DNA of 64,000 nucleotides from a virus: IMG/VR virus record IMGVR_UViG_3300025168_000053, positions 1 to 64,000 of that record; one strand, 5' to 3'. Shown piece by piece: positions 40,792 to 48,927 of this stretch (position 1 is its first letter; each line of letters starts with the position of its first letter). The notes under the pieces were generated by a model. It saw only the letters and a program-made list of their open reading frames with translations, ran no database searches and was not told where the DNA came from. The position numbers and the translations under genes were made by a program.

Positions 40792-41132
40792 TGCCAGTCC
40801 TCGACCCCCTAAAAGCCGCTTTGACCGACCACCTCCAAACGCTCATCAAGAAGTGTTCACTTGGTTCTGGGGCTTCCGATGCCTCAAGCCGTGATGGAGG
40901 CGCAGGGAATACAAAGATGAGTCAAAATACACTGGTTCAACGCATTGATGATCGAACCATCTCAGTTAGTGCGTTGTTCGATTCGCAATTGAGCAGCGAA
41001 CAGGCGATTACCGAAGTTGTTCTTCATGGGGAAAACCCTCTTGACTCACCATCCTTTAGGGCAACATTCATGCCAATAAACAAGAACGGCACAAATGAAG
41101 TCCGAATTGATATTCTAATGGAAGTGAGATAG
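40791..41132 (+). CDS. Small tail/baseplate-associated structural protein
   Basis: Resembles tail-fibre N-terminal attachment domains (ITEVVL...FMPINK..NEVRIDI). GGAG SD. Confidence 0.6.
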   Translation: MPVLDPLKAALTDHLQTLIKKCSLGSGASDASSRDGGAGNTKMSQNTLVQRIDDRTISVSALFDSQLSSEQAITEVVLHGENPLDSPSFRATFMPINKNGTNEVRIDILMEVR

Positions 41133-41485
41133 TGTCCGATAAAAAATCCGAAGAAAAGAACGATGAAAAGATAGCCCCAGTGGTTGCAGGTGCGGCGAGA
41201 GTCGGAGTTGCAGCAGCAAAGAATCCAGCAGTTCGAGGGGCTGTTGGTGGTGCGGTTCAAGGAATGATGAAGAAACGGATTGATGAACCATTTGAGATGA
41301 CATGGGAATTGATGAAAAGCGACGAGAAGGGCGACAACGCCCCAACCAACCCTGGTCTTTGGTCGCAAGCCAAATCAAAGGCACGTTCTAAGTTCAAGGT
41401 TTATCCATCAGCCTACGCTAACGGTTGGGCTTCTAAATGGTATAAATCCAAAGGCGGCGGCTGGAAGAAAAAGAGCAAGGAGTGA
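41132..41485 (+). CDS. Tagged basic protein (VYPSAYANGW...KGGGW module)
   Basis: FEMTWELMKS tag precedes a Lys-rich module. Confidence 0.78.
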   Translation: MSDKKSEEKNDEKIAPVVAGAARVGVAAAKNPAVRGAVGGAVQGMMKKRIDEPFEMTWELMKSDEKGDNAPTNPGLWSQAKSKARSKFKVYPSAYANGWASKWYKSKGGGWKKKSKE

Positions 41486-41490
41486 ATGTC

Positions 41491-41685
41491 ATGGTTGAGT
41501 TGAAGAAAAAAGAATGTTGCTGTGGTGCAACTGAAAAAAACCCATGCGCTTGTATGAAAAAAGGAATTATGAAATGTTCCGCAAAAGTTCCTATGTGTCA
41601 ATGCTACAAAGACCTCAAAAAAGAAGGCAAGCATCCTGATGATTTGAAAAAGGCATTTACCATTGCGTGGGATTATACATTCTAA
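41491..41685 (+). CDS. Small Cys/Lys-rich protein ending in a truncated tag (FTIAWDYTF)
   Basis: 8 Cys in about 40 aa, GGAGTGA SD. Confidence 0.65.
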   Translation: MVELKKKECCCGATEKNPCACMKKGIMKCSAKVPMCQCYKDLKKEGKHPDDLKKAFTIAWDYTF

Positions 41686-41696
41686 AGGTGATATAA

Positions 41697-42227
41697 TTGA
41701 TTGACGTTCCTATCGCCGATCTCATCTCAAAGGATTTGAGGCGATGGTTCAAAGAAAAGTGGGTGGATGTTGGCAGTAAGGACAAAGACGGCAACCACCC
41801 TCCCTGTGGCCGTAGTGACGCAAAGACTGATAGCAAAGGCTATCCCAAGTGCCGACCATCAAAGAAGGTCAGCAGCAAGACCCCTGAAACGACACGTGGC
41901 ATCAGTTCAAAGGAGAAGAAGGCTATGACTCGAAGAAAGCGTTCAAAGCCACAGGGCGTTGGTGGAAAGCCAACGGTGGTTAAGAGCGATCCATTTGAAG
42001 CCGTATGGGATTCAATCATCAAAGGTCGCTTTCGAGGCTACACGCAATCAAACATCGGTGACAGGCCATACCGACAGGCCGAACATAGAATCTGGGATAT
42101 ATCCCGTAAAGTCAAACGTGAGCGAACAAAACGACGATATAAGCGCAATAAAAGCAGGGGAACTGTTCGGCCAGCCATGCGCCGTCAATTAGGCGCAGGG
42201 GGCAAAAGAGCCTCCACAAAGAGGTGA
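41697..42227 (+). CDS. Two-module basic protein (LRRWFKEKWVD...YPKCRP module, tag, Arg-rich module)
   Basis: GGTGA SD with TTG start. Internal FEAVWDSIIKG. Confidence 0.78.
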   Translation: MIDVPIADLISKDLRRWFKEKWVDVGSKDKDGNHPPCGRSDAKTDSKGYPKCRPSKKVSSKTPETTRGISSKEKKAMTRRKRSKPQGVGGKPTVVKSDPFEAVWDSIIKGRFRGYTQSNIGDRPYRQAEHRIWDISRKVKRERTKRRYKRNKSRGTVRPAMRRQLGAGGKRASTKR

Positions 42228-42235
42228 GGCTTGAT

Positions 42236-43438
42236 ATGATTTTTGATGCTGCATGGGATATGATGAAAGCCGACATTTTTCATGAGGGGCGAGCCTATTC
42301 CAGCATGGATGATTTGATGCCTAAATTGAATCAGCAAATTGAAGGATGGGGGGGAAGCAACAAACAATTGTCGCCATTCCCATTCCCGTATAAAAGCGGA
42401 AACTATCGGCATAAATCGTGGAAAGGAATGTCAGATCGAGGGCTTGATGATTTCATAAATAAAAATCCAGGTTTCAAATCAAGCAGCGAGATGTTGCCAG
42501 CAATGATGCCCTGGGTTGGTGGAAAAACACAAATCCAGCCATACATTAGGGGTCTTGCCGATTTTTTCCCTAATGCCCGACCTGCTGAACTTTATGGGGG
42601 AAGCGGTTCGACAATTCTCGGTATGAACAGGGGAACTGGTTTTTATGCAGACATAAACCCCGATAATACTAACGCATTTCAACACTTAAAAGATGGTTTA
42701 GGGGTCGTTGAAATCCCAAAAACAAGAGAGCGTATGGCTGAGATGGTTTCAAGAATGAATGATTTGAGATTTAGGCGTGATGTGAAAGGAGAACAATTGT
42801 CAAGCGATGAATTATCGGAACTCGCATCTCATTACATTGGAACAAATCATCAAGCATTTGGCAATTTGAAATATCCTAATCAAAAACAAAGGAAAAACTA
42901 TCCTGAATGGTATGGTGGTTCACGATATACCGAAGGACCAATTATGGATAAACAAGGATGGCGTAAGAGTTCGGTGAGAGTTATGCCGCACAAAGTCGGA
43001 GGTCTTGATTTGAGCGCATACCCAGATAGGATGCGTGATGTTGAGATTCATACTGGGGATCTTCGAGACACACATAAATTGCTACAAGGCGACGAATACC
43101 TTTACCTCGACCCTCAATATATTGACCGAATGCACCAATATGGAGGTTCGGATGAACAACTATCAGGTGGGGGTTATGACCAACTTCAACGAGACACCAT
43201 AAGGATTGGTGCTGAACATGACGGGCCAGTTCTTTATTCAAATTATTTGGTTGGTCCAAAATCAGGTTTGCCCAACGAAGAGATGATTGCAGATCTGCTG
43301 GATAGTGGTTTCGATGCACATACATGGATGAGAAAACCAAAGGGCAACTCAAGACCCGTAGTTGAAGTTCTTGGATTGAGAAATCATCCTGAACACGTTC
43401 AAAGAGGATTGAAAACAAAAAGACTTTTTGATTACTGA
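42236..43438 (+). CDS. Dam-like (D12 class) DNA adenine methyltransferase with N-terminal tag
   Basis: PWVGGK, ELYGGSGS, DIN and YLDPQY (DPPY variant). Begins MIFDAAWDMMKA. GAGGTGA SD. Confidence 0.85.
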   Translation: MIFDAAWDMMKADIFHEGRAYSSMDDLMPKLNQQIEGWGGSNKQLSPFPFPYKSGNYRHKSWKGMSDRGLDDFINKNPGFKSSSEMLPAMMPWVGGKTQIQPYIRGLADFFPNARPAELYGGSGSTILGMNRGTGFYADINPDNTNAFQHLKDGLGVVEIPKTRERMAEMVSRMNDLRFRRDVKGEQLSSDELSELASHYIGTNHQAFGNLKYPNQKQRKNYPEWYGGSRYTEGPIMDKQGWRKSSVRVMPHKVGGLDLSAYPDRMRDVEIHTGDLRDTHKLLQGDEYLYLDPQYIDRMHQYGGSDEQLSGGGYDQLQRDTIRIGAEHDGPVLYSNYLVGPKSGLPNEEMIADLLDSGFDAHTWMRKPKGNSRPVVEVLGLRNHPEHVQRGLKTKRLFDY

Positions 43439-43548
43439 TGGCGAAGAAAATGGATAATCTGGATAAGGTGTTAATCCCAATTGTCATCGTTGCCACAATC
43501 ATTTGGATTTATTCAATTGTGATGCACCACGAATGGTTGAGGAAATAA
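43438..43548 (+). CDS. 36-aa single-TM membrane peptide (below the ORF-track cutoff)
   Basis: TGATG coupling to the MTase. MAKKMDNLDKVLIPIVIVATIIWIYSIVMHHEWLRK. Confidence 0.6.
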   Translation: MAKKMDNLDKVLIPIVIVATIIWIYSIVMHHEWLRK

Positions 43549-43824
43549 CTAACTCAACGGGTTTTGCACATTACGATCACCAAGAGTCCATCGGAGGGTC
43601 TTGATTACACCCTCCAATGCTTTCTTGTTTCGAGCGCATTCTTTCATCATGTCTTTGTCGCTGTTTTGCTTTGCTTTATGGAACTTGAGAATCCAGTCGT
43701 TTTGCTTAGATTCCGCACGAACTAACATCTGTTCGATTTGTTCCCATGAACGGTCATAGGAGAAGATTTCATGCTCTAATTGCATCATGCGAACAAAGTT
43801 GCCGCATCGTTTCAAGTATATCAA
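43549..43824 (-). CDS. Hypothetical helical protein
   Basis: ATGA overlap with the upstream gene. Last gene of the - strand block. Confidence 0.75.
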   Translation of the reverse strand: MIYLKRCGNFVRMMQLEHEIFSYDRSWEQIEQMLVRAESKQNDWILKFHKAKQNSDKDMMKECARNKKALEGVIKTLRWTLGDRNVQNPLS

Positions 43825-44969
43825 GCGTGTTGCGAATGAACATAAGTGATATGAACAAAAGCAGCAGGTATTCCAAGCGGTGCGGGATCGAGAAGTGTCA
43901 AATCGCCAGCATTCATAGCGAAATGATGAGGATGAACCAACTTTCCTAAAAAGTTGTTTGCACCGTCAAATACATCCACGCTAACCAAAGGTTCGACCCC
44001 ATCCTCTTCACTTAACAATGGCTTGTAAAGAAGCCCTGCTGGTGCTGCTGCGCCGAAAGGTAAAACCTTTGGCGCACCTGGGGTGAAAGGAATTGCAGTT
44101 GTTTTTGATGTTCTGTGAACGGGAGTTAATTGATATGTTCCACCGCCGCCAGGATGCAAACCAACCCCCACATCGGATTGATAAAATAAGTGAGTTTGAC
44201 CGCCTCCTTGAACTGTGGAAAAGAAACCATTAGGATTTCGTGCAAATAAGACTCCGAGATCGGTGATTGGCAAGTTGGCGGCATTGAAACCTGCGACAAA
44301 ATCATTCCTTAGAGAAGATTCCGAACCGTCGCTATGCTCAATTGCCGACAAAGCAACTGGACCAGGGCGAACAAACACCCTCTTGTCCTCTATGGCGAGG
44401 ATAACAGGCCCAGATGAACCCTTGCCGACTCGAACTGCTGCCAAGACTGTATTTTGTAAGACAAGGTGATTTGAAGGGGATTGAGGGTATAGCCCTGTGG
44501 CAGTATCAACATACGAACCGTAAGTGAAGCCAACATTACTTGGTTTGCGAGGATCAACATAAGCCAAGAGAATTGCCTCATCTCCAGGGTTTGTTCCGTT
44601 GGGTATGGCTGAACCATGATATGTTGATTGATAGTTCGTTGCAGCCGCAATATCCAACACTGAGCCAGAACCGACGTTGAAAAACATTCCATCGAGTTGA
44701 ACTACGCCAGCATCAACATAAAGTTGCGAGGTGCTTCCCAATGTTCCGTTTGGTCGAACACAGCAATTGCCGCTAACAGGGTTGTTTCTATTCGCTTCAT
44801 CATATCGGTTGAGGGTGATCGGAATCACGCCGTTGCCAAGTCCACGTTCAACGTTGTTTGTCAATGATGGGCTGGTAAGGACATCGGAATCACGGAGGCC
44901 ATCGTTTTGATAGGTTGATGCACCCGTAGCCGTTTTTTCATGACCCTCAGCCAGATTGGTGTTAGACAT
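43821..44969 (-). CDS. Probable virion structural protein (tail/baseplate-like)
   Basis: G/S/T/P-rich beta composition with VDAGVVQLDG and LAAVRV...IEDKRVF segments typical of tail-associated proteins. Confidence 0.6.
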   Translation of the reverse strand: MSNTNLAEGHEKTATGASTYQNDGLRDSDVLTSPSLTNNVERGLGNGVIPITLNRYDEANRNNPVSGNCCVRPNGTLGSTSQLYVDAGVVQLDGMFFNVGSGSVLDIAAATNYQSTYHGSAIPNGTNPGDEAILLAYVDPRKPSNVGFTYGSYVDTATGLYPQSPSNHLVLQNTVLAAVRVGKGSSGPVILAIEDKRVFVRPGPVALSAIEHSDGSESSLRNDFVAGFNAANLPITDLGVLFARNPNGFFSTVQGGGQTHLFYQSDVGVGLHPGGGGTYQLTPVHRTSKTTAIPFTPGAPKVLPFGAAAPAGLLYKPLLSEEDGVEPLVSVDVFDGANNFLGKLVHPHHFAMNAGDLTLLDPAPLGIPAAFVHITYVHSQHA

Positions 44970-44973
44970 TCAA

Positions 44974-45354
44974 TCAATCCTCTTCCAATTCCATCAATCT
45001 TTTTATCCTTTCACGCATTTCAACGCTCATGATGTCGCCTTTGTCGTGCATTCGATACTCAGGATTGGGCTTTATGATTTTCCCTGAACCATCTTCCATC
45101 AATCTTTTCATCTTTTCACGCATTTCAACGCTCATGATGTCGCCTTTGTCGTGCATTCGATACGGAGGATCAATCATTTGGGTTTTTCCTGAACCAGCCA
45201 GTGCAGCAATAAGATGAGGCGGCGCACCACCTTTCCCTGCATAGGCATTCATGACCTTGAGTTGTTCTTCGCTCATTGGAGGTTTTAATTCTTCATCATT
45301 CGTGGTTTCCCACCAATCGGCCTTCATCAAATCCCATGCTCTTTGAAAAACCAT
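44974..45354 (-). CDS. Tagged protein with SF1-helicase-like N-terminal fragment and internal duplication
   Basis: Starts MVFQRAWDLMKA (TGATG overlap). ALAGSGKT and YRMHDKGDIMSVEMRE x2. Confidence 0.75.
   Translation of the reverse strand: MVFQRAWDLMKADWWETTNDEELKPPMSEEQLKVMNAYAGKGGAPPHLIAALAGSGKTQMIDPPYRMHDKGDIMSVEMREKMKRLMEDGSGKIIKPNPEYRMHDKGDIMSVEMRERIKRLMELEED
45009..45163. repeat. 50-bp perfect direct repeat with 105-bp period
   Basis: 45009-45058 is identical to 45114-45163. Confidence 0.93.
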
Positions 45355-45881
45355 CAACAATTCCACCTTTTCAATGCTGCACCTTTCGGAGTCATTTTGC
45401 CACCTTTACTGGTCGGACCTTTGACTCCACCCATTCGAGCGCAAAAAGACTTTCGCCTCTTGGCCTTCTTCGATCCAGCCTTGAGTTTGCTTGGTTTAGT
45501 GGTGACTGGGGGCTTGAGATTTGCACCTTCTTCACGCTTGAACTTGGCTCGACCCTTTGCATTTAATCCACCTTTACGGCTATGCTTGTTTGGGTTGTAG
45601 CCGTGAAATGGTTTTGACTTCTTTTTACCTTTGAGTAAAGCATCAACCAATAGTTCGTCGGACTTTGTAAAAGAACGTTTCCTCCATTGCGAAGGTTTTG
45701 TTGCCCTCATCGTTCCGTATGGTGTGCTTTCAAAGCCGCATCCATCGCATTTAGGAGTTGAGCCTTTTCCATTGCATTGACCGCACACGTGCTTTCCTTT
45801 CTTTGCATCGGGGGTTGGCTTTTTCTCACGCCCAATAACGGTTTTGGTTAAGAGGTTGCAGGTATCGCAATCACACGTCAT
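45354..45881 (-). CDS. Zn-finger plus basic KGGLNAKGRA...RRKSFCARM...WNC module
   Basis: GGTGA SD. Modules separated by LLTKT, FTKS and LLKG sites. Confidence 0.8.
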   Translation of the reverse strand: MTCDCDTCNLLTKTVIGREKKPTPDAKKGKHVCGQCNGKGSTPKCDGCGFESTPYGTMRATKPSQWRKRSFTKSDELLVDALLKGKKKSKPFHGYNPNKHSRKGGLNAKGRAKFKREEGANLKPPVTTKPSKLKAGSKKAKRRKSFCARMGGVKGPTSKGGKMTPKGAALKRWNC

Positions 45882-46050
45882 TGTTTTTCACCACAGGTTT
45901 TGGCTTGCGCCAGATAAATTGACACAAAGGACATTCCCATAAAAAGATTCTATCTCGACTCCCCGCATAAAACCCGTTTATACGAATTGCCAAAACATCG
46001 GTATCGCAACTCGAACAGGTTTGCATTACCCGATCACGATACTCTTTCAT
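45871..46050 (-). CDS. 59-aa Zn-ribbon protein (below the ORF-track cutoff)
   Basis: MKEYRDRVMQTCSSC...WECPLCQFIWRK. ATGA overlap, fills the gap exactly. Confidence 0.75.
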   Translation of the reverse strand: MKEYRDRVMQTCSSCDTDVLAIRINGFYAGSRDRIFLWECPLCQFIWRKPKPVVKNNDV

Positions 46051-46691
46051 TCCTCTTCCGACCCTAATTTGATTCTTTTGTGCTTGCCGTTTTCATCCTT
46101 TACATTCAGGGATTTATGTTTGATCATTCGATAAGTCAATTGAGATACCCATTTTAATTCACTTCTCAACTTTTTGACAATGTTTCTTTTTGAACCATTG
46201 AACCAATCGGTTATGATTTTTAATTTGTTAAATTGAAACACATGAGATATTCTTGATGCGTCTTCACAGGCGTTCCAAAAGGCTAAATTGAATAATTTAT
46301 ACCTTTTTCCTGTCACGTCTGTTATCATTTTCGATAAATCAATTGGGTTTGGATTGCCCCAGACATGAGCCGATTCACTGGGTCGGCAATTAGCATCAAG
46401 CAATTTTATTGTGAACTCTAAATCATAACCACATAGAGTCATTCCTTCAATAAATGATGGCAACTCGCTGAAAGGATGCGACTTTACTCTTTGTTCTTGA
46501 ATGACAAATTGTTGTTCGGTGATGTCTTGAAACACATGGAAATAATCGCTTTTGTGAACCATCACCATGTCAAGAGAGAACTTAGATGGATCGGAATATC
46601 CTGTTTCTAATTCGGCTGCTTCTGTTGATGAGAAAATGGCGATTGGGAGTATGTTGTTTTCTGTTAAGAACTTCTCAACTTTACGCTTCAT
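46047..46691 (-). CDS. Degenerate DnaQ/RNase H-like exonuclease-fold protein
   Basis: LCGYDL.F, PIDL, YKL.NLA and WFNG...SEL follow the ExoII-III layout, but the acidic catalytic residues are missing. Confidence 0.5.
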   Translation of the reverse strand: MKRKVEKFLTENNILPIAIFSSTEAAELETGYSDPSKFSLDMVMVHKSDYFHVFQDITEQQFVIQEQRVKSHPFSELPSFIEGMTLCGYDLEFTIKLLDANCRPSESAHVWGNPNPIDLSKMITDVTGKRYKLFNLAFWNACEDASRISHVFQFNKLKIITDWFNGSKRNIVKKLRSELKWVSQLTYRMIKHKSLNVKDENGKHKRIKLGSEEE

Positions 46692-46695
46692 GTCA

Positions 46696-48147
46696 TCACC
46701 AATTCATTGCTATGAAAGCATTTCGACCATCCATGAGCCTGTCAGCATCAGGGGATTCAGTCAATTTCTTCAACCTTCTTTCAGCCGTCTTTTTGCTTAC
46801 ACCTTGATTGACGGCATAAACACTTTCCAATTCCTTCTTCGCAACGCATTCACGCTTTGAACGTGAATGTGCCAACTTCTTGCATTTGTTGTATGCAATT
46901 TTCCATTCGTGGAGGCTTGCATCACGCTTTTTCTTTGCTTTGAAATCCTGTTTCTGTTCGAGCCAGATAACCAGGTTGTGCAAGTTGTCATAGATAATTT
47001 CAGTTGCCATCATTATGTGGTCGGCTGTGATCACTGTCGAACCCATGATGGTTGCGATAATGTTTCCAAATGTGATTGTGTAGTTCTCTATGTTTGGAAT
47101 GAAAGATGTAGCAGTTTCTTTGACGTTTGGATCGTGTATTTGATTGACTAATTCATAATAGTCGGTGGTCGCATTGAGCAACGCTGCGTGGTATGATTCA
47201 TCAACTGTAAATATGTCATAACAATGACGATTGGCAATCATATCTCTATCATAATCCTCCAACTCATCCCATTCTTCAAGGGTCATTTTAGCCGCTTTCA
47301 ATAAACGTGTTCGCACATCATCCCTTCTTTCGAGGATAAATGCGGCAAGTGCATCATACCCCCATACCTTCTCAGGAACGGGAACATAAGTGCCTTGAAG
47401 TCGGTGTTCGCTGGTGGTTTGACGCAATTCATTGCTTACGTCATTTTGATATAGGAATACACGCTGGAAGAATCCCTTTTCCAATACGTGGTGCATGATG
47501 TCCTTTGGAGGGAATGTCGTCGCCCAAATTGATACACCAGAAGTCACTTGAATATCAGCACCTTTCAAAACCTTAGCCAAATTGTTTGTCGCCGATCCTA
47601 TGGGGGCCATCGCCTCTTGAAGATACAGAATCTTTTCCGAGAAGTATGACTTTTTATCATCAAGCAAAACACTTGCTTCATCGAATAGAAGGGTCTTGTA
47701 GCCGTTAAGCAAACCTTTGGTGACGACATACTTCATTTTCCCTGTTGGCTTTCCCGCTTCATCATACTCAGGTTCAGCATCAACGTGACCTAAAAGCCCT
47801 GCATCCGAACCAGATGTGAACTTAGCACTTTCAACCTCGCAAGCGTCAAGCAATTGCTTGGTGAACTCATAGGCTGCTGATTTACCAGTTCTTGATTGTT
47901 GAATCCAATAGACGTGAACCCTGGTGTCGAGATGAGTTCCGTGAATTGGAACTCGAACATAAGGAGAGATAACTTGGCCGACTACATAGAACAAAGAGAG
48001 CATACCTGCGAACTCATTGAAGAAAGAAACAGTGTTGAATCTCTCAATGTATTCTTTGATGTATTTGCTTCCTTCGTATGGTGTCTTGACGAGCGAGTAG
48101 TCAAACCATTTGCGATCTCCTGAGTCCGATGTGGGTTTCAATATCAT
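46696..48147 (-). CDS. MCM-like AAA+ ATPase/helicase with C-terminal wHTH
   Basis: WIQQSRTGKS (Walker A), SDAGLLG, LLFDEA (Walker B), GFFQR (Arg finger). GGAGG SD before ATG 48147. Confidence 0.8.
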   Translation of the reverse strand: MILKPTSDSGDRKWFDYSLVKTPYEGSKYIKEYIERFNTVSFFNEFAGMLSLFYVVGQVISPYVRVPIHGTHLDTRVHVYWIQQSRTGKSAAYEFTKQLLDACEVESAKFTSGSDAGLLGHVDAEPEYDEAGKPTGKMKYVVTKGLLNGYKTLLFDEASVLLDDKKSYFSEKILYLQEAMAPIGSATNNLAKVLKGADIQVTSGVSIWATTFPPKDIMHHVLEKGFFQRVFLYQNDVSNELRQTTSEHRLQGTYVPVPEKVWGYDALAAFILERRDDVRTRLLKAAKMTLEEWDELEDYDRDMIANRHCYDIFTVDESYHAALLNATTDYYELVNQIHDPNVKETATSFIPNIENYTITFGNIIATIMGSTVITADHIMMATEIIYDNLHNLVIWLEQKQDFKAKKKRDASLHEWKIAYNKCKKLAHSRSKRECVAKKELESVYAVNQGVSKKTAERRLKKLTESPDADRLMDGRNAFIAMNW

Positions 48148-48197
48148 GTTGTTTCCTCCTGTTGTTCTTTGGGCATCCCTATCCACCGTAAGTAGGG

Positions 48198-48206
48198 TAT
48201 ATGAAG
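48198..48206 (-). promoter_or_regulatory. Putative TATA box CTTCATATA
   Basis: Intergenic, identical to the box before the protease gene. Confidence 0.45.
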
Positions 48207-48216
48207 CCTCACTAAA

Positions 48217-48927
48217 TCAAGCCCTCGACATCTTCACTTTCTCTTGAGCAATTGGTTCTTCACTGTTGAAAGATGCAAGGATTCTCTTTGCTCTTACCTT
48301 GCCAATCCCTTCAACCATTTGAAGTTCCTTTTCAGTAAGAGATGAGATTTCAATAACTGATCCGTATTGTTCGAGTAAGCGTTTGGCGATGGCTACGCTG
48401 CAACCAGCACCCTGCAAAATATCAATCCTCATATCCTCAGTAGCGGTTTTTCTAAGCAATTTGTATGTTGATGATGACCCAAGCGTTCCATGCTTCTCAA
48501 AACGCTTACAGATGAAACGTGCTGCTGTGGATTTATCAGGGAAAATTAAAATCGAAACGTCAAAGTCGGTGTGATAGCGAGCAAGCGAGCCAGTGAATGA
48601 TGCAAATGCGGTTGGGTATCGAATCTTTCTTCCTCTCTTAACCGATTTAGCAACATACTGATCGAGCGTTCCATGAATCAAAAGAACTGGATTTGTATAA
48701 TTGTCCTCAAGATTTTGCAGTTGTCTTTCGAGATGACCAGAATACATACTGCTCATGTAGTCCTCAATTGATTTAGCCTCTATTCCCACATCAGCAAACG
48801 AATAATCCGTGATGATTGTTTGTCGAACTTCATATTTGAGTTTCTTCTTATCACAATACTTGATGACAAGACCTTCCAAGCCTGAACGCTCTCGATTGTC
48901 AATGAAGAGTATTCTTTCAGTTGCCAT
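48217..48927 (-). CDS. ERCC4/XPF (Hef-like) structure-specific nuclease
   Basis: IDNRE, TDY, IEAKSIEDY and HhH VEGIGKVRA. Confidence 0.92.
   Translation of the reverse strand: MATERILFIDNRERSGLEGLVIKYCDKKKLKYEVRQTIITDYSFADVGIEAKSIEDYMSSMYSGHLERQLQNLEDNYTNPVLLIHGTLDQYVAKSVKRGRKIRYPTAFASFTGSLARYHTDFDVSILIFPDKSTAARFICKRFEKHGTLGSSSTYKLLRKTATEDMRIDILQGAGCSVAIAKRLLEQYGSVIEISSLTEKELQMVEGIGKVRAKRILASFNSEEPIAQEKVKMSRA

Noticed and set aside
45009-45163. Diversity-generating retroelement TR/VR pair
   Set aside because: The core copies are identical with no A-specific mismatches, and no reverse transcriptase is present in the window.
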